From a virus: a stretch of DNA of 64,000 nucleotides. The stretch is from positions 1-64,000 of the IMG/VR virus record IMGVR_UViG_3300031962_000002, one strand, 5' to 3'. Below the pieces are notes generated by a model, which searched no databases, was not told where the DNA came from, and saw only the letters and a program-made list of their open reading frames with translations. Both the position numbers and the translations under genes were made by a program. Shown piece after piece: positions 1 through 8,688 of the stretch (position 1 is its first letter; each line of letters starts with the position of its first letter).

Positions 1-592
1 GGACAAGCTGAGTGCCTACACCCTGAACAATCTGAGTGCCGACACCCTGAACAAGCTGAGTGCCGACACCCTGAACAAGCTGAGTGCCTACACCCTGAAC
101 AATCTGAGTGCCTACACCCTGAACAAGCTGAGTGCCGACACCCTGAACAATCTGAGTGCCGACACCCTGAAAAATCTGAGTGCCTACACCCTGAACAAGC
201 TGAGTGCCTACACCCTGAACAAGCTGAGTGAGGAAAAGAAAAAAGAAATTAAAGAATTTTGGGATTCTGTTCCTAAATTAGAAAAACCATACACTCGTCT
301 CTGGCAAGAAATTCAAACGAGAAAAAGAATTCATAATCAATCTAATTGGGGGCCTGAAAAATGTCCACAAGAAGCAAATGTTTGCGGAACAGCAATGTGT
401 ACTGCTGGTCATTTGGTGAATATGGCTGGTGCAAGGGGATATGAATTAAAACAAGAATTTGGATGGGCACGCGCTGCTTCTATCATTCATCAAAAATCAT
501 GTCCTGATTTGCCTGAACAAAACTATGGTTCAATCCCTCAAGAATGGGCTTTGGCTTATATCGAAGAAATGGCAGAAAGAGAAAAAATTTAA
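1..592 (+). CDS. 5'-truncated protein with an octapeptide tandem repeat and a C-terminal Cys/His motif domain (CGTAMCTAGH)
   Basis: Frame 2 is open from base 2 to TAA at 590-592. It reads (D/N/K)(K/N)LSA(Y/D)TL x9, then ...NWGPEKCPQEANVCGTAMCTAGHLVNMAG... The track's 395..592 ORF is only its C-terminal part. Confidence 0.8.
   Translation, partial: DKLSAYTLNNLSADTLNKLSADTLNKLSAYTLNNLSAYTLNKLSADTLNNLSADTLKNLSAYTLNKLSAYTLNKLSEEKKKEIKEFWDSVPKLEKPYTRLWQEIQTRKRIHNQSNWGPEKCPQEANVCGTAMCTAGHLVNMAGARGYELKQEFGWARAASIIHQKSCPDLPEQNYGSIPQEWALAYIEEMAEREKI
2..230 (+). repeat. 24-bp coding tandem repeat, 9 full units plus a partial unit; begins before the window
   Basis: Units are aacaa(g/t)ctgagtgcc(t/g)acaccctg, head to tail with no spacers. 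Confidence 0.97.
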
Positions 593-593
593 A

Positions 594-1694
594 ATGAAAC
601 CACGAATTTTATATCGCGTCGTAAAAGACATTTTAAAAATCCGCATCAAGATTCACACCCAAGAACCGGGCGTCTACGACACTGGTATCTTCTGCCCAAA
701 AGAAAAGTTCGATTCTGAAAAGCAAATTTGTGGATTGCCTGGAGTTCAAAACTACATGGACTCCACTTCTGAGGCCATCAAGAAAATATTTATCCCGGGC
801 ATGACACCTGAAATGTTATGGGAAGAATTTGTACGTCAGCGCACCGCATCATTGCAGAACCATACCGTTAAAGATGCCTTTGATTATTACATGCGCACCA
901 AAAAGGTGAAGGAATCAACCCTAGAAGATAAACGCACTCTCTTGAGTCAATTGAAAACCAAAGGTTATGCCGACAAACCTATTCGAGACATGAGCGGAGC
1001 CATCATTCGGGAGTTCATCCATAAATTGAAGTTGAGTCCTTCCAGTGAACACCAGGCGTATGTGAGACTCTGCGGAGTGTTGGGTCATTACATAGACGAG
1101 AATTCGCTAAACATTGATCTTCCCAAAGGACTTTTCAAACCATCCCCTCCCAAAGAATCGGAAGAAGATGAGTTTCTAAATTGGACAGAACTGCAAACTT
1201 TAATAGAGGCACCATTGGAAGATCCGGAAGACGCATTCCCACGCGACTTCTTCTGCTTGCTGGCTTTGAGCGGTATGGGGTTAGCAGACGGCATGATCTT
1301 CAAGCCCAAAACTCACATTTCAGAGGATGGGCGATGGCTCAAGTACAAGCGAAAAAAGACAGGTTCAGAATGTATGCTTCCTTTGTTGCCTCACGCAACG
1401 AAGATAATCGCACGCTACAAATGGCCTGTCAAATTCTCACGGCGATGGTTCCAGTACAAATGCGAAAATCTGATCAGCGATTTAGTGGGTCGCAAAATGA
1501 AATCTCATTCTGGAAGAAAAACTTTTGGGGCTATATCGTTGGAGTTGGGCTACTCGATGGAGGCGGTAGCTAAGTTCTTAGGACATTCCAACCCCATGAT
1601 CACTGCGAAATTGTATGCCCAAGTTTCGCAAGCAAAGATCGAAAGAGAAATGAAAGATTTGCCTCCAGCGATTAAAGAAATGATGGGAGTATGA
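594..1694 (+). CDS. Tyrosine recombinase/integrase
   Basis: Motifs KSHSGRKTF (HxxR), LGHSNPMITAKLYA (H...Y) and KRKKTG. The likely start is MKPRI at 594, just after the previous stop. Confidence 0.9.
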   Translation: MKPRILYRVVKDILKIRIKIHTQEPGVYDTGIFCPKEKFDSEKQICGLPGVQNYMDSTSEAIKKIFIPGMTPEMLWEEFVRQRTASLQNHTVKDAFDYYMRTKKVKESTLEDKRTLLSQLKTKGYADKPIRDMSGAIIREFIHKLKLSPSSEHQAYVRLCGVLGHYIDENSLNIDLPKGLFKPSPPKESEEDEFLNWTELQTLIEAPLEDPEDAFPRDFFCLLALSGMGLADGMIFKPKTHISEDGRWLKYKRKKTGSECMLPLLPHATKIIARYKWPVKFSRRWFQYKCENLISDLVGRKMKSHSGRKTFGAISLELGYSMEAVAKFLGHSNPMITAKLYAQVSQAKIEREMKDLPPAIKEMMGV

Positions 1695-1790
1695 GTCTAT
1701 GAAACGATTAGCGGGACCTATGAAAGACTCGCGTAACAATTACGACTTAATAAATGGGGTTGAATACATGCAGGAAGAGGATCGTAAAAA

Positions 1791-2156
1791 ATGCGGATTA
1801 TGACTGACTGGAGAGGGAGTACCATCAAGGCGGGTGATACAATAGTTTTTGTAAACACTAGATCATTCCTGACAAACTTTGGAATAATGATTCCAAACGG
1901 AAATGGTCAATTTGAATTTCATAAATCAAAAGTTCAGCCACCTGATCATTGCTGGGAACCTCGCGAATATCAGACAAAAGAATTTGAAGGTGAACTGTTC
2001 TATACTTCAATGGAAATCCCCACAGACGGAATCACACGCTGGATGGTTTTAGATGATTTCACTATAAAATTTTGGCTCTCACCATCTACAATAATTTGCA
2101 TAAAAGGCAAAAGCGATAGCGAAGAAGAATATTACAAAGAATTTTTTAAAGCATGA
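1791..2156 (+). CDS. Hypothetical phage protein
   Basis: ORF with ATGA coupling to the next gene; the start may be 1800. Confidence 0.7.
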   Translation: MRIMTDWRGSTIKAGDTIVFVNTRSFLTNFGIMIPNGNGQFEFHKSKVQPPDHCWEPREYQTKEFEGELFYTSMEIPTDGITRWMVLDDFTIKFWLSPSTIICIKGKSDSEEEYYKEFFKA

Positions 2157-2389
2157 ATGAAATAGAAATCACATTGCCTAAGTATCTTGAAAATCCGGCA
2201 TTGCCTTGGATGCAATGGATACGCTACAAAGGAGAAGAATGCGTTGGGTTGGTGAATATTGAACGTTCCCTGAAAGCCAAACGGCCAATGATTGATATCC
2301 ACTACTGCATGACGAAAGCCCTTAACAATGTCGTTGAGAAAACAGTGGCTTTCAATCCAAAAAAATTTTCAAAATCCAGACTTAATTAA
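2153..2389 (+). CDS. Hypothetical phage protein
   Basis: Coupled ORF in the early operon. Confidence 0.65.
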   Translation: MNEIEITLPKYLENPALPWMQWIRYKGEECVGLVNIERSLKAKRPMIDIHYCMTKALNNVVEKTVAFNPKKFSKSRLN

Positions 2390-2406
2390 AAAAAACAACA
2401 AACTAT

Positions 2407-3309
2407 ATGAGCAAAGAAGAAGAAGAAGTAACCATTGTAGAGACAACTCCAGACGCAATATTCCAGGCCGATAAAGCCCAGATTGATCAGCAAATTGCAA
2501 CTGCCCATGCCTTCCCTCGCAACATCACCCGGGCAACCAACAATTCAGTAGCTATTGTCACTATGGACAAAGAAACCGCTGAAACTTGCACTTATTCTGT
2601 GCCCCGTGGTGGAAAGGCGATCACAGGACCATCTGTATATCTTGCCAAAATCATTGCCCAGCAATGGGGTAATCTCCGAGTGGAAGCCAAAGTAGTTTCA
2701 ATTGATGCCAAACAAGTAACCTCCCATTCTGTTTGTTGGGATCTCGAGAGCAATTTGGCTATCAAAGTGGAAGTCAAACGTTCAATTGTTGGAAGACAAG
2801 GACGCTTTAACGATGACATGATCACGGTCACTGGCAATGCTGCAAATTCAATTGCTTTGCGTAACGCTGTTTTGGCCGTAGTTCCAAAAGCTGTGGTAGA
2901 TAAAGTCTACCGTGCAGCCAAAGAAACCATCACAGGCGATGTCTCCGATGAAACCAAACTGAAAGCAAAGCGGCGCCAGGTGGTAAATGGCTTGAAGGAC
3001 ACCTACAATGTCAGTGAAGCTGAGGTTTTGTCCGCCATTGGCAAAGCCGCACTTGATCATTTGACCGCTGATGATTTGGTTGTACTTATCGGTATTGGCA
3101 CAGCCATCAAAGACGGAGACACAACCGTAGACTATGCTTTCAAAAAGGCAAAGGATGTTCGCCCAGATATCAACAAGGAAGAGGAAAGGATAGCATTATT
3201 GATAAAAGATGCTACTACTACCGAAGAATTAAAGAAGTATGGCAAAAATTTGCCCACAACTTTGACTGATCTATACAATCAGCGCCTTATTGACCTCAAA
3301 GGAAAATAA
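2407..3309 (+). CDS. Putative ssDNA-annealing/recombination protein
   Basis: Phage-type sequence (DQQIATAHAFPRN...YSVPRGGKAITGPS) lying directly upstream of an exonuclease. Confidence 0.55.
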   Translation: MSKEEEEVTIVETTPDAIFQADKAQIDQQIATAHAFPRNITRATNNSVAIVTMDKETAETCTYSVPRGGKAITGPSVYLAKIIAQQWGNLRVEAKVVSIDAKQVTSHSVCWDLESNLAIKVEVKRSIVGRQGRFNDDMITVTGNAANSIALRNAVLAVVPKAVVDKVYRAAKETITGDVSDETKLKAKRRQVVNGLKDTYNVSEAEVLSAIGKAALDHLTADDLVVLIGIGTAIKDGDTTVDYAFKKAKDVRPDINKEEERIALLIKDATTTEELKKYGKNLPTTLTDLYNQRLIDLKGK

Positions 3310-3424
3310 TTGTATATTTGCCATGCAATCCAACATTGAAAACATCAAAGATATACCGCGTCATTTGTGCCTATTGCTGATTCTCAGCGGTTGGATTGCC
3401 GCATTTGGCGCGGTTGTATTTTTT
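3289..3424 (+). promoter_or_regulatory. Bacteroidota-type promoter followed by an attenuator-like structured leader
   Basis: TTG at 3290-3292, N20, TATATTTG at 3313-3320. Stem 3355-3363/3406-3414 is followed by a T-tract. Segment 3325-3334 is the exact reverse complement of 3390-3399. Confidence 0.65.
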
Positions 3425-3492
3425 ATGAACACTAAACCACTCCAGCAATTGATCGAATACTGTAATAATGTGATCAAACTATATTTAGGATT

Positions 3493-4407
3493 ATGAACAT
3501 CGACGAAATTTTAATACGAGCCAGCGCCACGGGGGATATCATGACTTCATCAAGAGATGGAGAAATAACCGAAACTCAACTAAAAACAGTTGCAGAACTT
3601 CTGGAAAAGCGGAAGACCAAACCGCTCACCGACAACCAGGAAAAGGAATTGGCCCGGTTGATCGACAAACGTGACAACCCTGAACTGTCCGAAACTTGCA
3701 AAAAGCGCCTTATCAAGGTGTACGCGCAGGAGATGTTTGGCCGGACGGAGGAAATAGGCAGCAAATACTTGGAGAAGGGCACCACGGTAGAAGAAAACTC
3801 CATAACCCTGTTTTCCAGAGTCAATAAGAAGTCCTTCAAAAAGAACGAAAAGCGCCTATTTAATCGCTTCCTGACGGGACTCCCTGACCTATACGACGGC
3901 GCCGACGCCATCGAGGACGCTGAAGAGGTGATAGATGTAAAAAGTTCATGGTCTTTAATTACGTATTTAAACGCCACTGTGGACAAGAAGATGAACCACG
4001 ACTACAAATGGCAGGGCAACTCCTATCTGGGCCTATTGGTCAAAGCAAAGCGTTTTAGGCTGGCTTATTGCCTTGTCAACACGCCCGCAAAACTGATCAC
4101 AGACGAGAAATTCAAGATTGCTAGGCAAATGGACCTTATTGACCCCAGCATCAGCCCAGACTATATCGAGAAATGCAAGCAAATTGAGCGGAATCACATC
4201 TTTGATCTGGCTCAGTTTAATACGGACTATCCAGGCTTTGACTTCCAAAGCGATTTGAACGAGTGGAAGTTTGATATCTCGAAGGAGAAAAGGGTTCACC
4301 AGTTGGTTTTTGACCGAAATGAAGCTGAAATTGGTCAATTGTACAAAAGAGTGCCAGAATGCCGAAATTGGATACGTGACACTTTTTTAAAGGATTCTCC
4401 CCAATAA
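3493..4407 (+). CDS. YqaJ/lambda-exonuclease-like PD-(D/E)xK nuclease
   Basis: Motifs RAS, KYLEKGTTVE, TGLPD...IDVKSSW and YKWQGNSY. Confidence 0.8.
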   Translation: MNIDEILIRASATGDIMTSSRDGEITETQLKTVAELLEKRKTKPLTDNQEKELARLIDKRDNPELSETCKKRLIKVYAQEMFGRTEEIGSKYLEKGTTVEENSITLFSRVNKKSFKKNEKRLFNRFLTGLPDLYDGADAIEDAEEVIDVKSSWSLITYLNATVDKKMNHDYKWQGNSYLGLLVKAKRFRLAYCLVNTPAKLITDEKFKIARQMDLIDPSISPDYIEKCKQIERNHIFDLAQFNTDYPGFDFQSDLNEWKFDISKEKRVHQLVFDRNEAEIGQLYKRVPECRNWIRDTFLKDSPQ

Positions 4408-4423
4408 GTACTAATAGAGCAAA

Positions 4424-5545
4424 ATGAAACCCCATGTGGATAGTGCCTCAAAATTTAAGACAAACATTTCTTTCTGCACGGGGTCACGAGGACTTGAACG
4501 TGGAATTGAAAGAACTGGCACAAAACTCCGAACACTCGCTCATGTGGAGATCGAAGCCTTTATCTGCGAAAATCTGGTTCAACAAATGGAGCAAGGTGTA
4601 TTGGATGAAGCACCTATCTGGACGAATCTTAAAACCTTCAACGGAAAGCCTTTTCGCGGAATGGTGGACATCCTCACAGGAGGTTATCCTTGCCAACCGT
4701 TTTCAGTTGCCGGACAACGAAAAGGAACAGAAGACCCACGACATCTCTGGCCATACATTAAAGACCTCATCAGAACAATTAGACCTGTTTGCTGCTTCTT
4801 CGAGAACGTCCCAGGACATATCACACTTGGCTATAGAGAGGTCAGATCAGATTTGGAACAACTTGGTTACACGGTTGAAGAAGGAATATTCAGTGCGGAA
4901 GAAGTTGGTGCTCCTCACCAGAGAAAAAGATTGTTCATTATTGCTGTGGACAACTCATACTGCCAACGATTCAAACAGGACAACAAAATACAAACAAGGA
5001 GGAACTCCATTGAGTATGCAAGTTCGTCAATGGGCAACACCGAAATCAAATGCCGCAAACAGTCCGGGGTTTCATGGACAAGGTGGACAAGATTTACAAA
5101 CTCAAGTAGTGAACTGGTCTACACCGGATACATCGGACGATGGGCATCCGAAAAACGGATTGACCCCAACAAACAGAAGGAAAGGGGCCGAAGAACTTTT
5201 ACCAAGGAATATATTGGCCATCTCCAACATTGCGGAAGCGAACAAGATTCCGAACAAAGCGAATTACGGTCAAATTGCATTATCGAACCATCCAGCTATC
5301 GTTGGCAAACCATTACGACCAAAGGCATTGAAGGACAGGAAGGGAATAGATGGCCAGCCAGACCAGGTCAGGAACAATTCGAATGGGAAGAACCTCATGT
5401 TGAATCCCGCATGGGTCTTTCAATTGATGGGTACAACTTTAGAGAAGACCTTCTTCGCATGGCGGGAAATTCCGTTGTCGAACAAACGGCAGAGAAAGCA
5501 TGGATAACACTTTGGAATAAATTTGACCTCACCCTAAACGTATAG
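4424..5545 (+). CDS. C5 cytosine DNA methyltransferase, catalytic (alpha) polypeptide
   Basis: Motif I-like FCTGSRGL, IV GYPCQPFS, VI ENV, VIII HQRKR and X-like RMAGNSVV. No motif IX is evident in this frame. Confidence 0.9.
   Translation: MKPHVDSASKFKTNISFCTGSRGLERGIERTGTKLRTLAHVEIEAFICENLVQQMEQGVLDEAPIWTNLKTFNGKPFRGMVDILTGGYPCQPFSVAGQRKGTEDPRHLWPYIKDLIRTIRPVCCFFENVPGHITLGYREVRSDLEQLGYTVEEGIFSAEEVGAPHQRKRLFIIAVDNSYCQRFKQDNKIQTRRNSIEYASSSMGNTEIKCRKQSGVSWTRWTRFTNSSSELVYTGYIGRWASEKRIDPNKQKERGRRTFTKEYIGHLQHCGSEQDSEQSELRSNCIIEPSSYRWQTITTKGIEGQEGNRWPARPGQEQFEWEEPHVESRMGLSIDGYNFREDLLRMAGNSVVEQTAEKAWITLWNKFDLTLNV
4434..5507 (+). CDS. Overprinted +1-frame ORF, putative methyltransferase beta polypeptide (TRD-like repeats and motif IX-like segment)
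   Basis: 357 codons open entirely within the MTase gene. It has W-x-T-(P/H) repeats with a 28-aa period and LNPAWVFQLMG near the C-terminus. Confidence 0.75.
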   Translation: MWIVPQNLRQTFLSARGHEDLNVELKELAQNSEHSLMWRSKPLSAKIWFNKWSKVYWMKHLSGRILKPSTESLFAEWWTSSQEVILANRFQLPDNEKEQKTHDISGHTLKTSSEQLDLFAASSRTSQDISHLAIERSDQIWNNLVTRLKKEYSVRKKLVLLTREKDCSLLLWTTHTANDSNRTTKYKQGGTPLSMQVRQWATPKSNAANSPGFHGQGGQDLQTQVVNWSTPDTSDDGHPKNGLTPTNRRKGAEELLPRNILAISNIAEANKIPNKANYGQIALSNHPAIVGKPLRPKALKDRKGIDGQPDQVRNNSNGKNLMLNPAWVFQLMGTTLEKTFFAWREIPLSNKRQRKHG

Positions 5546-5552
5546 AGCACCT

Positions 5553-5729
5553 ATGACACAAGAATGGATAAAAACAAGCGAACGAAAACCAGAAGATTAT
5601 CAATATGTTTTAATTTGGGATTCCAGAGACAAATTTATGTCAGTTGGATATTTTGTCCCATCTCAATCAAAAATACCATCCTATAATACTCACTGGATGC
5701 CCTTACCCTCACCCCCAAAACAATCTTGA
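5553..5729 (+). CDS. DUF551-like small protein (58 aa, not in ORF track)
   Basis: Translates as MTQEWIKTSERKPE...THWMPLPSPP, with the WI.....P and THWMPLP signatures. Confidence 0.8.
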   Translation: MTQEWIKTSERKPEDYQYVLIWDSRDKFMSVGYFVPSQSKIPSYNTHWMPLPSPPKQS

Positions 5730-5733
5730 TCTT

Positions 5734-5919
5734 ATGAGCAAACATATCGAACAACCAAAATGTAAATCATGCGGTAAACTATTAATTGGTAAAAATGCCA
5801 TTGAGGTTGGTTACTGCGTTCCATGCTATCACGCGATGATGGCCGATGACGAAGATGATGAGCCTATAATTGTTCCTGAATGGATAAAAGACCACAATGA
5901 AGATCCTCGTAACCACTAA
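5734..5919 (+). CDS. Small Zn-ribbon protein
   Basis: CKSC...CVPC; start reassigned to MSKHIEQ. Confidence 0.65.
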   Translation: MSKHIEQPKCKSCGKLLIGKNAIEVGYCVPCYHAMMADDEDDEPIIVPEWIKDHNEDPRNH

Positions 5920-5932
5920 CCCACTATAAGAG

Positions 5933-6145
5933 ATGAAAACCCAAACAGGCTTCCAGATTAATGTTCAAATCAATTGCGAAACAGAACAGGAAATTTTGAC
6001 ACATCTTTCAGTCATTCGGTCTAACATTAAAAAATACCTAAATCGGCCTGACAATGCTGGGGAAATTTCAGTATTGCCCGTTAATTTTGAGGATAACAAT
6101 TGCTATGGCACTCATGAAGTAAATATAATCGCGGATTACAATTAA
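5933..6145 (+). CDS. Hypothetical phage protein
   Basis: ORF in the operon. Confidence 0.65.
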   Translation: MKTQTGFQINVQINCETEQEILTHLSVIRSNIKKYLNRPDNAGEISVLPVNFEDNNCYGTHEVNIIADYN

Positions 6146-6157
6146 CCAGCCCAAGCC

Positions 6158-6838
6158 ATGACTCCCTTCATCCCCAAATATGCAATGTTTCAGCCCGGAA
6201 AAATTCTGGTGACTATAGAGCCGATGCCTATTAGACTCAGAGTATCATTATCCTGCAATGAGAACTGCAATGGAGAATGCGGTGAAGTTTGCCCTATAAT
6301 CCAGGCCAATAAAATTAAATTAAAAGATTATGATGAAAAATATAGGGACTGGCTCGCCTCCTTCACCATCGAAGTAGACCAAGAGCAAGACAAGGAATTT
6401 ATTTTCAATAAACTTTGCAAAGAATATTCATTATTGTCCGGCTCTACAGAGTTCGGCAAGCCCTACGCTATTGAAGGAGTTGAGGGGGAGATTATAGACA
6501 GACCAAAACAAATTTTTAATAGTCCAAATTCAAGATTAATGAATAATAAAATTGCCCGCTTAAAGAAGCCCACGGAGCAGGAGGAACAAAAGGAGAAATC
6601 TATTCTCGAAGGTTGGGAAAAAGAATGGGAGGAAGTAAACCACCAAATTAAAGAAGGTGTTAACCCGCATGCTTTTAGACTTGGCTGGCTCTACGGCAAG
6701 AAGTCTGCCCCAAGCGTGAAGGGGGAGACAGACCAAAATCAACTTTGGATAGAGGCAATCAGATTATACAATTTAAAAGAGCACACCCAAGACGGAAGAG
6801 ATTTAATAATGAAGAATTTCACAATTAATCGAAAATAA
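6158..6838 (+). CDS. Hypothetical phage protein
   Basis: ORF whose C-terminal motif is shared with the next gene. Confidence 0.7.
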   Translation: MTPFIPKYAMFQPGKILVTIEPMPIRLRVSLSCNENCNGECGEVCPIIQANKIKLKDYDEKYRDWLASFTIEVDQEQDKEFIFNKLCKEYSLLSGSTEFGKPYAIEGVEGEIIDRPKQIFNSPNSRLMNNKIARLKKPTEQEEQKEKSILEGWEKEWEEVNHQIKEGVNPHAFRLGWLYGKKSAPSVKGETDQNQLWIEAIRLYNLKEHTQDGRDLIMKNFTINRK

Positions 6839-6840
6839 AA

Positions 6841-7122
6841 ATGACACCAAGAGAATTTTTGAGCGCATCTGGAAAAGAAATAAATTTTGATAATGAGTCT
6901 GATGATTGCGATTTGACTTGGAGTCAAATTGAAAGACTTTTATCTAATTATGCCGAAGTTAACCACCTCGAATCTTCTGCCGTGAAGGAGGAAGTTGTAG
7001 ACAGTAAAGAGCAGGAAGATCAAAGTCAATTATGGGTTGAAATGCTTTTAATGTATGAAGAGTGCAATAACAAACTCTCGACAATAGAAGAAAATTTTCA
7101 CATTACGCGCAAAACAAAATAA
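6841..7122 (+). CDS. Hypothetical phage protein
   Basis: ORF with a DQxQLWxE...FxIxRK motif. Confidence 0.7.
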   Translation: MTPREFLSASGKEINFDNESDDCDLTWSQIERLLSNYAEVNHLESSAVKEEVVDSKEQEDQSQLWVEMLLMYEECNNKLSTIEENFHITRKTK

Positions 7123-7124
7123 TC

Positions 7125-7367
7125 ATGGCACGAAGAACAAAATTTAAACTTCAAGACGGTGAATCTATAGCGCAGCCTGGGAATGCTGAATTGCATATTA
7201 CTGGGACAGGGCCGCGCGCATATTTATGGATTGGGGGCAAAGGTTGTTATGCAACTCTTTCAGGAATGAAAACGCTTGAATCTTTAGCAGCTTCAATTTA
7301 TAGGGCATTGGGACATGAGCCTGCATGGATGCATCGAGGTGATAAGAAATGGAAAAAATCTAAATAA
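7125..7367 (+). CDS. Hypothetical phage protein
   Basis: ORF in the operon. Confidence 0.65.
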   Translation: MARRTKFKLQDGESIAQPGNAELHITGTGPRAYLWIGGKGCYATLSGMKTLESLAASIYRALGHEPAWMHRGDKKWKKSK

Positions 7368-7378
7368 TCTAAATAATC

Positions 7379-7639
7379 ATGGCTTTAACACTTCAACAGG
7401 CTAAGGATGAAATTGCTAAAAAATGGGGATTGCCGGATTTTAAAAGTCTTATGAGACAAGGACGACCTTCTGATAATTTAGATTCCTTCTTTAATGCAGT
7501 ATCCGAACTATATTGCCAATCTCAAAAGGCAGAAGCATGGGAAGAGGGATTCCAAAAAGGCTATGATTGGCGAAATATTCAAGCAGCCGGAAGAACAGTC
7601 GGTGACAAATCAAAATCATCTAATCCTTATAAACCATGA
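7379..7639 (+). CDS. Hypothetical phage protein
   Basis: ORF with an AEAWEEGF...NPY ending typical of small phage genes. Confidence 0.7.
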   Translation: MALTLQQAKDEIAKKWGLPDFKSLMRQGRPSDNLDSFFNAVSELYCQSQKAEAWEEGFQKGYDWRNIQAAGRTVGDKSKSSNPYKP

Positions 7640-7731
7640 AACTGGCAATTTTTAATTGGTTGTTTCCTTGTATGGGGACAATTTGCTGCTTCTATTGTAA
7701 TATTTATTACGTATATCAAAAAACATAAGCC

Positions 7732-8052
7732 ATGACACCAGAAGAATTCATTCTCCAAGGAGCACCCAGAAATATCTTTAGCAAAGATTCAGGAATAAAT
7801 AAGATTCTAGTTGAACGTACAGAACAGATCGAGAAACATCATCGGACTACCACTGATGATGTACTCTATAACAGTAAAGGACAATTGAGATATGCGGCAA
7901 TCGAATTGATCAAAGTGGATCCATCCAAAATACCTCCAATTGGGTGGAATGGTGAAATATGGTATAAAATGATATCAAAGCCATTGAAAGAACGCCTCAT
8001 CATTGCAGGAGCTCTCACGGCGGCGGAAATTGATAGACTCCAATCTATTTAA
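7732..8052 (+). CDS. Conserved-type phage hypothetical protein
   Basis: ERxxQIEK...AGALxAAEIDRL pattern. Confidence 0.75.
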   Translation: MTPEEFILQGAPRNIFSKDSGINKILVERTEQIEKHHRTTTDDVLYNSKGQLRYAAIELIKVDPSKIPPIGWNGEIWYKMISKPLKERLIIAGALTAAEIDRLQSI

Positions 8053-8055
8053 AAT

Positions 8056-8087
8056 AAAAAAAGGGGCTTTGCCTTCAAACCCCTTTC
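8056..8087. terminator. Intrinsic terminator between the convergent early and late blocks
   Basis: A-tract followed by ggggctttg-cctt-caaacccc-ttt. Confidence 0.65.
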
Positions 8088-8154
8088 CCACCCAAAAAAC
8101 TAAAAATTCCGTTAAAGTTGTTGGCTTTAAATGATGAACGTTAAGGCAAATATC

Positions 8155-8688
8155 TTATGCTGACGGTGCGTCAGCTAAAGTGGTTTTGATGAATTGATAT
8201 TCTTCCTCCCCAAATGCAATAGCCTGAGCAAATGTCGGGGCAACTCCATTGGAAGTAAAGGCCCTCACTTCCATCAAAAGATGTGCGAAGATGGTTGAGA
8301 ATATTTCCGATTTATTTGGCTTTACCTTAAGAATGGCGAGGACGTTTGTAAGCCATGTTTTAAGTGCTTCCTCATTATTGAAGTCTGTTGGTAATTCAAC
8401 CGCTGCCAAGTAGGCCATAGCCTTCACCAAAGCCAGTTTGACAACTCCAAGTATTTCTGTTGGAATCTGCGATTTGAAAAGCACATCGAGGACATCAGCT
8501 ACAACGGTAGCCGATTGTGATTCAATGGCGGTTTTTACCTTGCTGACAATACCAACGATAATAGTGATGTCATTCACCATGAATTTTTGAAGTGCATCTT
8601 CTACTTTGTGAATCACAACAAGAATGACATTCCAAATCTTTTGTTCTTCGGCCTTGAGGGTTGCGAGGTCTTTTGTGATTGCGCTCAT
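8155..8688 (-). CDS. Hypothetical helical protein at the end of the lysis cassette
   Basis: Coupled ORF with amphipathic helices. Confidence 0.7.
   Translation of the reverse strand: MSAITKDLATLKAEEQKIWNVILVVIHKVEDALQKFMVNDITIIVGIVSKVKTAIESQSATVVADVLDVLFKSQIPTEILGVVKLALVKAMAYLAAVELPTDFNNEEALKTWLTNVLAILKVKPNKSEIFSTIFAHLLMEVRAFTSNGVAPTFAQAIAFGEEEYQFIKTTLADAPSA

Noticed and set aside
2-230. CRISPR array or DGR variable repeat
   Set aside because: The repeats abut with no spacers and keep an open frame. No reverse transcriptase or template repeat is seen, and the substitutions are not clearly adenine-specific.
459-593. N-terminal extension of the integrase ORF
   Set aside because: It overlaps the upstream repeat-protein gene. 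The ATG at 594, directly after that gene's stop, is more plausible.
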